Program-made: the position numbers and the translations under genes
Shown here: positions 1-6,952 of the stretch, one piece after another
How positions within the stretch are numbered: the first letter of the stretch is position 1
Layout of the letters: each line of letters begins with the position of its first letter
NCBI GenBank assembly: GCA_910578245.1
Contig: CAJTPC010000003.1
Location: 5,259 to 69,258, forward strand
Direction of reading: 5' to 3'
Source of the DNA: an uncultured Christensenella sp.
Lineage (GTDB): Bacteria > Bacillota > Clostridia > Christensenellales > UBA3700
Length of the DNA stretch: 64,000 bases
Notes under the pieces: generated by a model
Told to the model about the DNA's origin: nothing
The model's database searches: none
What the model saw: the letters and a program-made list of their open reading frames with translations, nothing else

Positions 1-84
1 AGATTATTTGACAGAATTATTATACTCTTAATTAAATTGTGGTAAGTATAGAGAAAATATTTGAAAATAAATAGATTGTAGACA

Positions 85-112
85 TTGCAAATTGAGAAAA
101 CTGTGCTATAGT
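85..112 (+). promoter_or_regulatory. candidate sigma-A promoter (TTGCAA - 16 nt - TGcTATAGT)
   Basis: TTGCAA at 85-90, a 16-nt spacer, and an extended -10 TGCTATAGT ending at 112. A GGAG RBS at 141-144 precedes the ATG at 153. Confidence 0.45.
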
Positions 113-152
113 AAATATACGAGTATGTTAAGTAAAAATTGGAGATTAAATA

Positions 153-539
153 ATGTTAGACTACAATAATCAATATGATATGAGCACAATAAATTCAGCT
201 GAAAGATTAGGAGAGGTAATTAAAGCTCAAGAAACACAAAGAAAGCGTGAGGCTCAAAAAGGAGCTGCGATTTTGCAGACGGCGGTTGAGAGTAAGAAAC
301 AGAACCAATTACTTTCTGCACAAATCGATGAATTAAAAGAGCAAAAGAAACTATTGTCAGAACAAGTTGTTGAATTGAAAGAACAAAACCAAGTAATTAA
401 AGAAACGTGCGAGAATGCAAAAGCAGAGGCTGTGGAGAACCAAAAGCAAGCAAAGCAAAATAAAGTTTTTGGTTGGGTATCATTTGCAGTTGGTACAGTT
501 ATAGGCATTATTGGTATTGTGTTGGGAATTGTTTTTTAA
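153..539 (+). CDS. tail-anchored coiled-coil protein (hypothetical)
   Basis: ATG with a GGAG RBS. Heptad-like Q/E/K-rich region (LSAQIDELKEQKKLLSEQVVELKEQNQ) and one C-terminal hydrophobic helix (FGWVSFAVGTVIGIIGIVLGIVF). I recognise no family. Confidence 0.55.
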   Translation: MLDYNNQYDMSTINSAERLGEVIKAQETQRKREAQKGAAILQTAVESKKQNQLLSAQIDELKEQKKLLSEQVVELKEQNQVIKETCENAKAEAVENQKQAKQNKVFGWVSFAVGTVIGIIGIVLGIVF

Positions 540-557
540 TTGGAAAGAGGTTGCGAA

Positions 558-1946
558 ATGAATGACAAATTTAAAAAGGGTTTAATAGATATTTTGTATG
601 GTTTATGGGATTTCTTAATTGTCATGTCTTTAATATCAATAATTACTTTTGCTTTTTGGAAAATCGATATTGTAACAAGACAGGTATTATGGTATTTGTC
701 ATGTGCTATTTGGATAAGTAGTTGTTTCAATAAGAAACATATGAATGATAGATTAACAATAATAGATAAATATAATAATTTATTGAATGCTACTTTTGTT
801 ATTGTCATACTTATTGTATTTGGTGGGGTTTTTCTTATAAAGACTTATGATACTAGCTTTAATTGGTATTGGTATGCTTTTGTGATAGTGGCAGTATTTA
901 CGTTGTGTGGAACTGGTTGTTGTGCAATTATAGGTTGGGAGAGGTCAGATAAGAGTGCGAATATAAAGAAAAGGATAATTACATTATCAGCAAAAATGTT
1001 ATCATATCTCTGGCTAGCGGATTTATTCTATATGTCATTTATTGTCGGCAGTTTGCTTTTAAGATTTATTTTTGGGATAATAGTTCTTGCTATAATATTA
1101 TCTAGTCTAGCGGTTGCATTTTTAAGTAATACTCAATCATCTAAATGGCTATTATTAATAGATTTTTTGTATGGAATTGGATTAACTATTTATTTAATAT
1201 ATATAATCCCAGAGAAATACACTAATTTACAAACAATAGTGTTTACCATTGTTGCGGCTGTTTATGGAGGATTGCTTACACTCGTTGGCGTAGCATGGAC
1301 AATTAGAAAAGGTAATAAAGATAGAAATGAAGATTTAGAGCGTAGGGATAAAGAACGAAGAGAAGATTTAGAACGCATTGATAAAGAGCGAAGAGAAGAT
1401 TTAGAGCGTAGGGATAAAGAGCGAAGAGAAGATTTAGAACGCATTGATAAAGAACGAAGAGAAGATTTAGAACGCATTGATAAAGAGAGGGCTGAAGATG
1501 AAAGAAAAAAATACAAACCCTTTTTCATTACAAGTGTGAAAAAACGCGAGGGCAATTACAGCACTATTGATTATCAATTTATAGAAAATGAAAGTTTTTC
1601 ATTTTCTATAAATGAAAAATGCACTACACAACACTTAATTAGGCAATGGGTGATAATTAATACAAACCTAAATATGTTTGCTGTCTATGGGTTTAAGTTT
1701 AATAATAGTATAGTAAAAATTCATCCTTTTATGTTTGTGGACCTGAATGAAATTATAAATGTTAAAATACCCCCATTCTTTTTTATAGAAGAAATAAATA
1801 GAATTTCGATATTGGTTATAGATATGTTAGATAATGTCTATGAAGTTATTCTTGGATTTGATTCGGAAAAACAAGGTTCAGAAAACATATTGATAATAAA
1901 AGGAATTACTAGACCTAAATTAACAGATATAAATGTGGAACTTTAA
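558..1946 (+). CDS. polytopic membrane protein (about 8 TM) with a charged ER/K repeat stalk and an unknown C-terminal domain
   Basis: The ORF track starts at TTG 540. The in-frame ATG at 558, preceded by GGAAAGAGG, is the more likely start. About eight hydrophobic segments are followed by five 11-aa EDLER(R/I)DKERR repeats and a 150-aa tail. Confidence 0.65.
   Translation: MNDKFKKGLIDILYGLWDFLIVMSLISIITFAFWKIDIVTRQVLWYLSCAIWISSCFNKKHMNDRLTIIDKYNNLLNATFVIVILIVFGGVFLIKTYDTSFNWYWYAFVIVAVFTLCGTGCCAIIGWERSDKSANIKKRIITLSAKMLSYLWLADLFYMSFIVGSLLLRFIFGIIVLAIILSSLAVAFLSNTQSSKWLLLIDFLYGIGLTIYLIYIIPEKYTNLQTIVFTIVAAVYGGLLTLVGVAWTIRKGNKDRNEDLERRDKERREDLERIDKERREDLERRDKERREDLERIDKERREDLERIDKERAEDERKKYKPFFITSVKKREGNYSTIDYQFIENESFSFSINEKCTTQHLIRQWVIINTNLNMFAVYGFKFNNSIVKIHPFMFVDLNEIINVKIPPFFFIEEINRISILVIDMLDNVYEVILGFDSEKQGSENILIIKGITRPKLTDINVEL
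1329..1493 (+). repeat. in-frame 33-nt tandem repeat x5 (EDLERRDKERR / EDLERIDKERR)
   Basis: Five consecutive 33-nt units beginning gaagatttaga(g/a)cg at 1329, 1362, 1395, 1428 and 1461. They alternate between an Arg-Arg and an Arg-Ile variant. Confidence 0.9.
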
Positions 1947-2071
1947 TATTTGTATACCAATACAATCCTTATATAAATATGTATTAAAAGTGCTTGACTT
2001 CAGGGGATTATTCCCGTATCATGGCAGCACCAAAAGTAAGTATAGTTTCTTTTGGTACGGAGATGAAGAGT

Positions 2072-2770
2072 ATGTCTATATATGGATATGTTAGAGTAAG
2101 TACAAGAAAGCAAAAGTTAGACAGGCAGATAACAAATATAACGTCAGCCTATCCATCGGCAATAATCAAAAGTGAATTTTATACAGGCACAACTACAATT
2201 CGCCCTGAATGGGAAAAGTTGAAGAAGATGCTTAGGAGTGGGGACACTATAGTTTTCGACAGTGTGAGCCGTGTGAGTAGAAATGCAGATGATGGCTTTG
2301 CTAACTATCAAGAATTATTTAGTAGAGATATAAATTTAGTTTTCCTTAAAGAGCCACATATAAATACGGAAGTCTACAAGAAGTCAGTAGCAAAGGCATT
2401 GGATATTGAAGTCAACACAGGCAACGATGCTATTGACGAATACTTTGCAGGTAATATGGAACTTGTCAATAAGCTATTGATGAAACTTGCTCAACAACAA
2501 ATCAAGGTAGCATTTGAGCAGTCGGAGAAGGAAGTAACAGACTTACATCAAAGAATATCAGAGGGAATGAGAGAAGGCAGAGTAAAGGGAAGTCGAATAG
2601 GATTAGTGAAAGGTACTAGCCTAACTACAAAGAAGTCAATAGACTGTAAGAAGATAATACAAACTCACTCTAAAAGTTTTGGTGGCAGTCTTTCTGACGA
2701 TGAAGTAATTAAACTATGTGGATGCAGTAGAAATAGCTATTATAAGTATAAAAGAGAACTTATGAACTAA
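2072..2770 (+). CDS. small serine recombinase (resolvase/invertase family) with C-terminal HTH
   Basis: The N-terminus MSIYGYVRVSTRKQKLDRQ matches the catalytic-serine motif (Y-x-R-V-S-T-x-x-Q). FDSVSRVSRN matches the D-R-x-S-R region. The C-terminus LSDDEVIKLCGCSRNSYYKYKREL is HTH-like. The ORF track starts at TTG 1994; ATG 2072 has a GGAG 9 nt upstream. Confidence 0.85.
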   Translation: MSIYGYVRVSTRKQKLDRQITNITSAYPSAIIKSEFYTGTTTIRPEWEKLKKMLRSGDTIVFDSVSRVSRNADDGFANYQELFSRDINLVFLKEPHINTEVYKKSVAKALDIEVNTGNDAIDEYFAGNMELVNKLLMKLAQQQIKVAFEQSEKEVTDLHQRISEGMREGRVKGSRIGLVKGTSLTTKKSIDCKKIIQTHSKSFGGSLSDDEVIKLCGCSRNSYYKYKRELMN

Positions 2771-2877
2771 AAAAGTGACGAAACCTTTAACAATCACATA
2801 CTTTGATAAAATAGAACGGCTAAACTGTATAGAAGAAATTGGTGTGGTATAAAATAGGTATCAGTTTAGGGGATATT

Positions 2878-3297
2878 ATGAAATTAGAGAAGGAAATCAA
2901 TTTAGACAAAATAGCAGGAAAGAATTTCGGTAAGGAAAATACATTAGAAAACTTTAAGGAAGCACAAAGACTTTTCAAGGAACTATTGTTGAGTGAGCCA
3001 CCGTACAAAGAAGTTGAGTTTACAATAAGTCAAATATTAGGCTTAGGTATGAGTGATTTAACAATACCACAATATTGCAGTCATTGTAAGCAAGAGCGAA
3101 ACTTTAAGTCCAAAGAAACATTTGATGCCAAAGATTACTTGCAAGAAGTTATCAATCTATTAGTAAGGGAAGATAAGGAAGTATATGAGAAGGGCGTTGC
3201 TTGGGCATGTAACATTGTAGTCAAGTGTGAACATTGCGGAGAACAGCATATAATTCCAATACTAATAAAGGATTCCAAGATACAAAGGCTTGGATAA
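2878..3297 (+). CDS. small zinc-ribbon protein (hypothetical)
   Basis: ATG 2878 follows AGGGGA. Two CxxC pairs are present (CSHCKQ ... CEHCGEQH). No recognised family. Confidence 0.5.
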   Translation: MKLEKEINLDKIAGKNFGKENTLENFKEAQRLFKELLLSEPPYKEVEFTISQILGLGMSDLTIPQYCSHCKQERNFKSKETFDAKDYLQEVINLLVREDKEVYEKGVAWACNIVVKCEHCGEQHIIPILIKDSKIQRLG

Positions 3298-3358
3298 TCC
3301 TAATTTCTTTACAAAAAGTATAGACATAAATACAACACCATCAAATCTAATGCAATTA

Positions 3359-3387
3359 TTGACCTTTAAGTTAAAAAATGCTACAAT
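3359..3387 (+). promoter_or_regulatory. candidate sigma-A promoter (TTGACC - 17 nt - TGcTACAAT)
   Basis: TTGACC at 3359-3364, a 17-nt spacer, an extended -10 TG at 3379-3380, and TACAAT at 3382-3387. Confidence 0.55.
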
Positions 3388-3445
3388 ATGCTATAAGGAG
3401 ATATTGGAAATAAAGTCAGTCAACACGCAAGGTTGAGTATAATGT

Positions 3446-4066
3446 GTGGCTCAAACAATACAAAGAAGAACGTGCAATATTATTGATGGATGGTTTGAAA
3501 TTGCGATGAAAGAAATTGTTTTGAAATTGATAGATAAAGGATTAGTGGAAGCTCTGATAGGTTTATTTGGAGTTTTCGTTGGATGGTTTTTATCTTGGAT
3601 TACTCAAAAGGGACGATTGCGTTTATTTGCTGATAATGGAATTAACGCAAAGTTTACAAATGTAAACGAAATTTTAGTTAATAGAAGAGAAGATGTCAAA
3701 TGTTTTTCTTATAATATAAAATTAGATGTTTATAATGGTAGTAATTCTACAAAAATAATGAGGGACATTCAAATCTCTTTTGAAAATAAAGGCAAAATTA
3801 TAAAAACGAGCATTCCTTATGATAACGCTAAAACTATTCGGGAGGGCGTTCCTATACATACAAATGTAGGGGTTGTAAATATACCACCCAAAAGTATTAT
3901 CCATCTTGATTTGCGTAACTATTTTTGGAATAGTGAGATTGACTTTATTTGGGATGTAACAGTTGTCAAATTGTCATATAAAAATCATAAAGGGTGTTGT
4001 AAGTCCGTAACAATAGAAAAAGTTGATTTTAAAAATTTTGACTTTAGTTCAATGCAGCAGGAATGA
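3446..4066 (+). CDS. single-pass membrane protein (hypothetical)
   Basis: One N-terminal TM segment (ALIGLFGVFVGWFLSWI) followed by a beta-rich soluble region. The start is uncertain: GTG 3446 or ATG 3506. Confidence 0.5.
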   Translation: MAQTIQRRTCNIIDGWFEIAMKEIVLKLIDKGLVEALIGLFGVFVGWFLSWITQKGRLRLFADNGINAKFTNVNEILVNRREDVKCFSYNIKLDVYNGSNSTKIMRDIQISFENKGKIIKTSIPYDNAKTIREGVPIHTNVGVVNIPPKSIIHLDLRNYFWNSEIDFIWDVTVVKLSYKNHKGCCKSVTIEKVDFKNFDFSSMQQE

Positions 4067-4377
4067 AAATGTAAATACTGAAATGTTGCTGAAAATTTGC
4101 ACAGCTATTTTTGACTTGCCTTTATAGGGGGTATTCCGATTATAGAACTCATCATTTAAAGGAAAGTCTTTATTATTATACAATATATATGGAATTTAAA
4201 TAATACCTATTCTTTAGTTTACTTTTCCTTTAGATTATACTATAATATATCTACAAGGTTTTCTATTAATATGTCTTTCGACAGGATTGATTTACGCAAG
4301 CTAACCAAAAACCCCTTGCATAAAAACAAGCTAAATGTAGGAAGACAGACAAAGACGAAAAACGATAACAAATATAG

Positions 4378-4407
4378 AGAGACCTTGTGAAAACGAGGTC
4401 TTTTTTC
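4378..4407 (+). terminator. rho-independent terminator-like hairpin inside module A
   Basis: AGACCTTG / CGAGGTCT stem with one G-U pair, loop tgaaaa, followed by TTTTTT. Confidence 0.5.
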
Positions 4408-4492
4408 TATGTTTATAGGCTTGGAACAAGCCAATTATGTTAAAGAGTATCCTCAATAAATTAAGTGAATAAGGTGTCAAAAAAAATTGTAT

Positions 4493-4557
4493 GCTTGCGT
4501 AAAGCAATCTTGTCGCAAGACATCGGTTGTCTTTCGACAAGATTGATTTACGCAAGC
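4493..4557. repeat. 65-nt near-perfect palindrome at the junction of the two modules
   Basis: The left arm (4493-4521) and right arm (4529-4557) are reverse complements with 2 mismatches in 29. The loop is atcggtt (4522-4528). Isolated half-arms lie at 4273-4301 and 4745-4773. Confidence 0.85.
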
Positions 4558-4640
4558 CCCCCAAAAATAACTTGCACTAAATTAAGCGAGATGTAGGAAG
4601 ACAGACAAAGACAAAAAACGATAAAACAAAGAAATTTAAG

Positions 4641-4669
4641 AGAGACCTTGTGAAAACGAGGTCTTTTTT
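4641..4669 (+). terminator. rho-independent terminator-like hairpin inside module B
   Basis: Same sequence as in module A: agagaccttgtgaaaacgaggtctttttt. Confidence 0.5.
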
Positions 4670-4794
4670 CCTATTTATGAGCCTAAATGAGTGAAGAGTA
4701 TCCTCAATAATTAAGTTACATCAAGTGTCAAAGAAAAGTGTCAGGCTTGCGTAAAGCAATCTTGTCGCAAGACATCGGTTCAGCATTCAATTCA

Positions 4795-4828
4795 AACCGC
4801 CGTACATTTGGTACGGCGGTTTTCTTTT
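4795..4828 (+). terminator. strong rho-independent terminator
   Basis: Perfect 11-bp stem AACCGCCGTAC / GTACGGCGGTT, loop atttg, followed by TTTTCTTTT. Confidence 0.8.
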
Positions 4829-4927
4829 AGCATACTTATATAAAGTCCAAAAATTTACGCACATTGGAAGATTAAGAAATTTTGTAAAATATACCAAATA
4901 TTTGTAATACTAAATAATAAATATATA

Positions 4928-4956
4928 TTGAAAACTCTTGATTATTGTGATATAAT
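4928..4956 (+). promoter_or_regulatory. near-consensus sigma-A promoter of the nine-gene operon (TTGAAA - 17 nt - TGaTATAAT)
   Basis: TTGAAA at 4928-4933, a 17-nt spacer, an extended -10 TG, and TATAAT at 4951-4956. An AAGGAG RBS at 4984-4989 precedes the ATG at 4995. Confidence 0.7.
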
Positions 4957-4994
4957 CTACCTTGTAAAGGAATTTGAAAAATTAAGGAGCGAGT

Positions 4995-6938
4995 ATGACG
5001 AATTTCGTTAAGAATTTGGAAGTTGCTATAGACCTTGGCAGTGATACAGTCAAGGTTGCGTATGCTTTTGAATCTAAAAATAGCGTAGAATACGGCAAAC
5101 TTGCCCCTTGCGATATTACGGGAAGTGTGATAGTTCCCGCCATTGCTTACTACGATGAGGAAACTTTGTCTTGGCTATTCGGAGAAGAGGTGTATAAAAA
5201 CGTCGATAGGTCTTTCGTGACCGTAGTCAAGATAAAGTCGTTGTTGTCACTACTTCTCATTCGTCGTAATAAGAGAGTGACGGCAAGCAACAAACAGTAT
5301 TATTTCGATAAAAATTTATTCCCCAAGTTCTATTTCCCCAACAGGAAAAAACTTGCCGAAGACTTTGCTAAGGCTGAGGACTTGGACATGACTTTTAAGG
5401 CCAACAAGACTCCGCAAGAAGTGTGTGAAGAGTTTTTTGGATATTTGATTGATAATACCGTAATGCCAGCAATTCAGAGGTTGCAAAAAGAGAGGGGGAT
5501 TCACTTTGAAAATATCAATTATTCGCTGGTGTATCCCACCAAGGCGGGCAAGGAATACGTTGAAGAGCTGGAGCGTCTGGCAACTCGCGCATGCGGGAAA
5601 GATATGAAAAAAGTTTTGTCTTCTACGAAAGCGTTGGGGCTATTTGCATACCACAGACAAGTGCTAAAGAAAGGAGATGCGGTAGTAATTTTCGATATGG
5701 GCGAGGAGGATATATCCGTCGCAAAATTCACTCTTAATTCATCGGGAAGTATGATTATCGACGGCGTGGACGGACACAATGAGCCGATGGAGATAGGCGG
5801 AAACGACTTTGACTATGCTTTAAGAGATTACGTGGAGGGCGTTATATCAGACAGAGAGACGGTAGGCGCTCCGCCTTCGGGCGAGGACGGATATATTGCC
5901 GAAAAGGGATTGCATTCAACGCAGTTTTTGACGCTCAACGAGATAAAAAAGACTAAGACGGCGCTTTCGCTAGACGATGAAATATTCGAACTTGCTTTTA
6001 AGGACGGCGTGACTATGTCCATACAGCGCGACGTTGTAGTTCAAACAGGCGTTACGAGAGATGATTTCCTTAAGTGCGTGGGTATAAAGAATAGCGATGG
6101 CGTAGCTAAAAAGATTGCCGATTATATAATCAGCGAGATGAAGAGAACTCTTAATAATGATGTGGATAAAGTGATGCTTTCAGGCGGGGTAAGCGAGACG
6201 TACGGACTTATAGAATATATAGACGGGCAGTTGAAAAACGCCGGCTTGCGAGTAGAGATTATCACATTTGACGACTATCAGAGCGAGGACGATAACTTTA
6301 CGATACTTTCTAACGAGGACTCGACTTTTGCTCCCGCGGTAGGCGGAGCTATCGTAGCGCTTATGGGATACGAACTCAAGATGGCGGTCGCGTTATCGTA
6401 CGGCACATGGTTGTACAACAAAAATATAAACAAGAAAATACTTGACGTTTTCTTGCTAAGAGGCAGAGTTATTCCTCCCAAGGGCGGGGAGTATTCCTGC
6501 TCGACTTACGTCAACTATAAGGACGCTTGGTCGGATAGAGTAAGGAACGAGGAGATTTTCTCTACTACGATTGGCAAAAAAGGCGACGTTATTGGCGACC
6601 CCGACAGCGAGATAAGAAGACAGAGAGAAAAAGATATTGACCTCAAGGTCGTGTCTGGCGGAGCAAATAAGGGCGAGATACTCTTTTATTGCAAGGATAA
6701 AGGGTCTTTGAAACGCGTGGAAATTCAAGGACTTCTCTATTTCAAAGAGGGCGTGAAGATAGACCCCGACGGCAGAGCTACGCCATTTATACACAATGAC
6801 GTGATGAAGAACGGCAGATATAATATGATACTTGTAAGACCTGTAGGGTCGTCGAGTTATCCTAAAAAGACCTATTATGAGAATATAGTATTAAAATTCA
6901 GCGGAGTCGACGACTTTGAAGTCGAGAGTTCCGATTGA
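4995..6938 (+). CDS. Hsp70/DnaK-like ATPase (actin-fold NBD plus beta-sandwich-like domain; no helical lid)
   Basis: AIDLGSDTVKVAY parallels the DnaK phosphate-1 motif GIDLGTTNS. VVIFDMGEEDISVA parallels FDLGGGTFDVS. EIGGNDFDYAL parallels LGGEDFD. VMLSGGVSETYGL parallels LVGGSTRIP. ALSYGTWL...RGRVIPPKGGEYS parallels PLSLGIET...RNTTIPTKKSQ of the substrate-binding domain. Confidence 0.8.
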   Translation: MTNFVKNLEVAIDLGSDTVKVAYAFESKNSVEYGKLAPCDITGSVIVPAIAYYDEETLSWLFGEEVYKNVDRSFVTVVKIKSLLSLLLIRRNKRVTASNKQYYFDKNLFPKFYFPNRKKLAEDFAKAEDLDMTFKANKTPQEVCEEFFGYLIDNTVMPAIQRLQKERGIHFENINYSLVYPTKAGKEYVEELERLATRACGKDMKKVLSSTKALGLFAYHRQVLKKGDAVVIFDMGEEDISVAKFTLNSSGSMIIDGVDGHNEPMEIGGNDFDYALRDYVEGVISDRETVGAPPSGEDGYIAEKGLHSTQFLTLNEIKKTKTALSLDDEIFELAFKDGVTMSIQRDVVVQTGVTRDDFLKCVGIKNSDGVAKKIADYIISEMKRTLNNDVDKVMLSGGVSETYGLIEYIDGQLKNAGLRVEIITFDDYQSEDDNFTILSNEDSTFAPAVGGAIVALMGYELKMAVALSYGTWLYNKNINKKILDVFLLRGRVIPPKGGEYSCSTYVNYKDAWSDRVRNEEIFSTTIGKKGDVIGDPDSEIRRQREKDIDLKVVSGGANKGEILFYCKDKGSLKRVEIQGLLYFKEGVKIDPDGRATPFIHNDVMKNGRYNMILVRPVGSSSYPKKTYYENIVLKFSGVDDFEVESSD

Positions 6939-6952
6939 GAGCGGAGGACAGA

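Larger units (their letters stand above)
4273..4780. repeat. two tandem non-coding modules of about 255 bp (4273-4528 and 4529-4780), each bounded by 29-nt inverted arms
   Basis: Both units start with gtctttcgaca(g/a)gattgatttacgcaagc and end with gcttgcgtaaagcaatcttgtcgcaagac + atcggtt. Shared internal blocks are gtaggaagacagacaaagac, agagaccttgtgaaaacgaggtctttttt and agagtatcctcaataa. Confidence 0.85.

Noticed and set aside
540-557. Upstream alternative starts proposed by the ORF track. These are TTG 540, TTG 1994, 2839, TTG 6935, 21910, 30524, 36695, 45590, 50204, 52970, 59090, and the long N-termini of the minus-strand genes ending at 20883 and 52552.
   Set aside because: In each case an internal ATG has a better-spaced purine-rich RBS, or coincides with the conserved N-terminus of the family, or the extension would overlap a neighbouring gene or promoter. 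The downstream starts were preferred but remain unverified.
3404-3436. 10-codon mini-ORF (TTG GAA ATA AAG ... TGA) behind an AAGGAG, downstream of the 3359 promoter; a possible leader peptide
   Set aside because: It uses a non-ATG start, is very short, and has no obvious attenuator structure or conserved peptide logic. This is insufficient evidence, so it is noted only.
4240-4564. Minus-strand ORFs 4240-4434 and 4331-4564, and a 39-codon plus-strand ORF starting at 4271
   Set aside because: These ORFs lie entirely within the repeated non-coding modules. Their frames are not conserved between the two module copies; the plus-strand frame stops after 17 codons in copy B. No RBS is present.
4273-4780. 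Possible CRISPR array, because of repeated palindromic 29-nt elements
   Set aside because: There are only two full units. The repeat arms are in inverted, not direct, orientation. The intervening sequences of about 190 bp are homologous to each other, so they are not unique spacers. No cas genes are present in the window.
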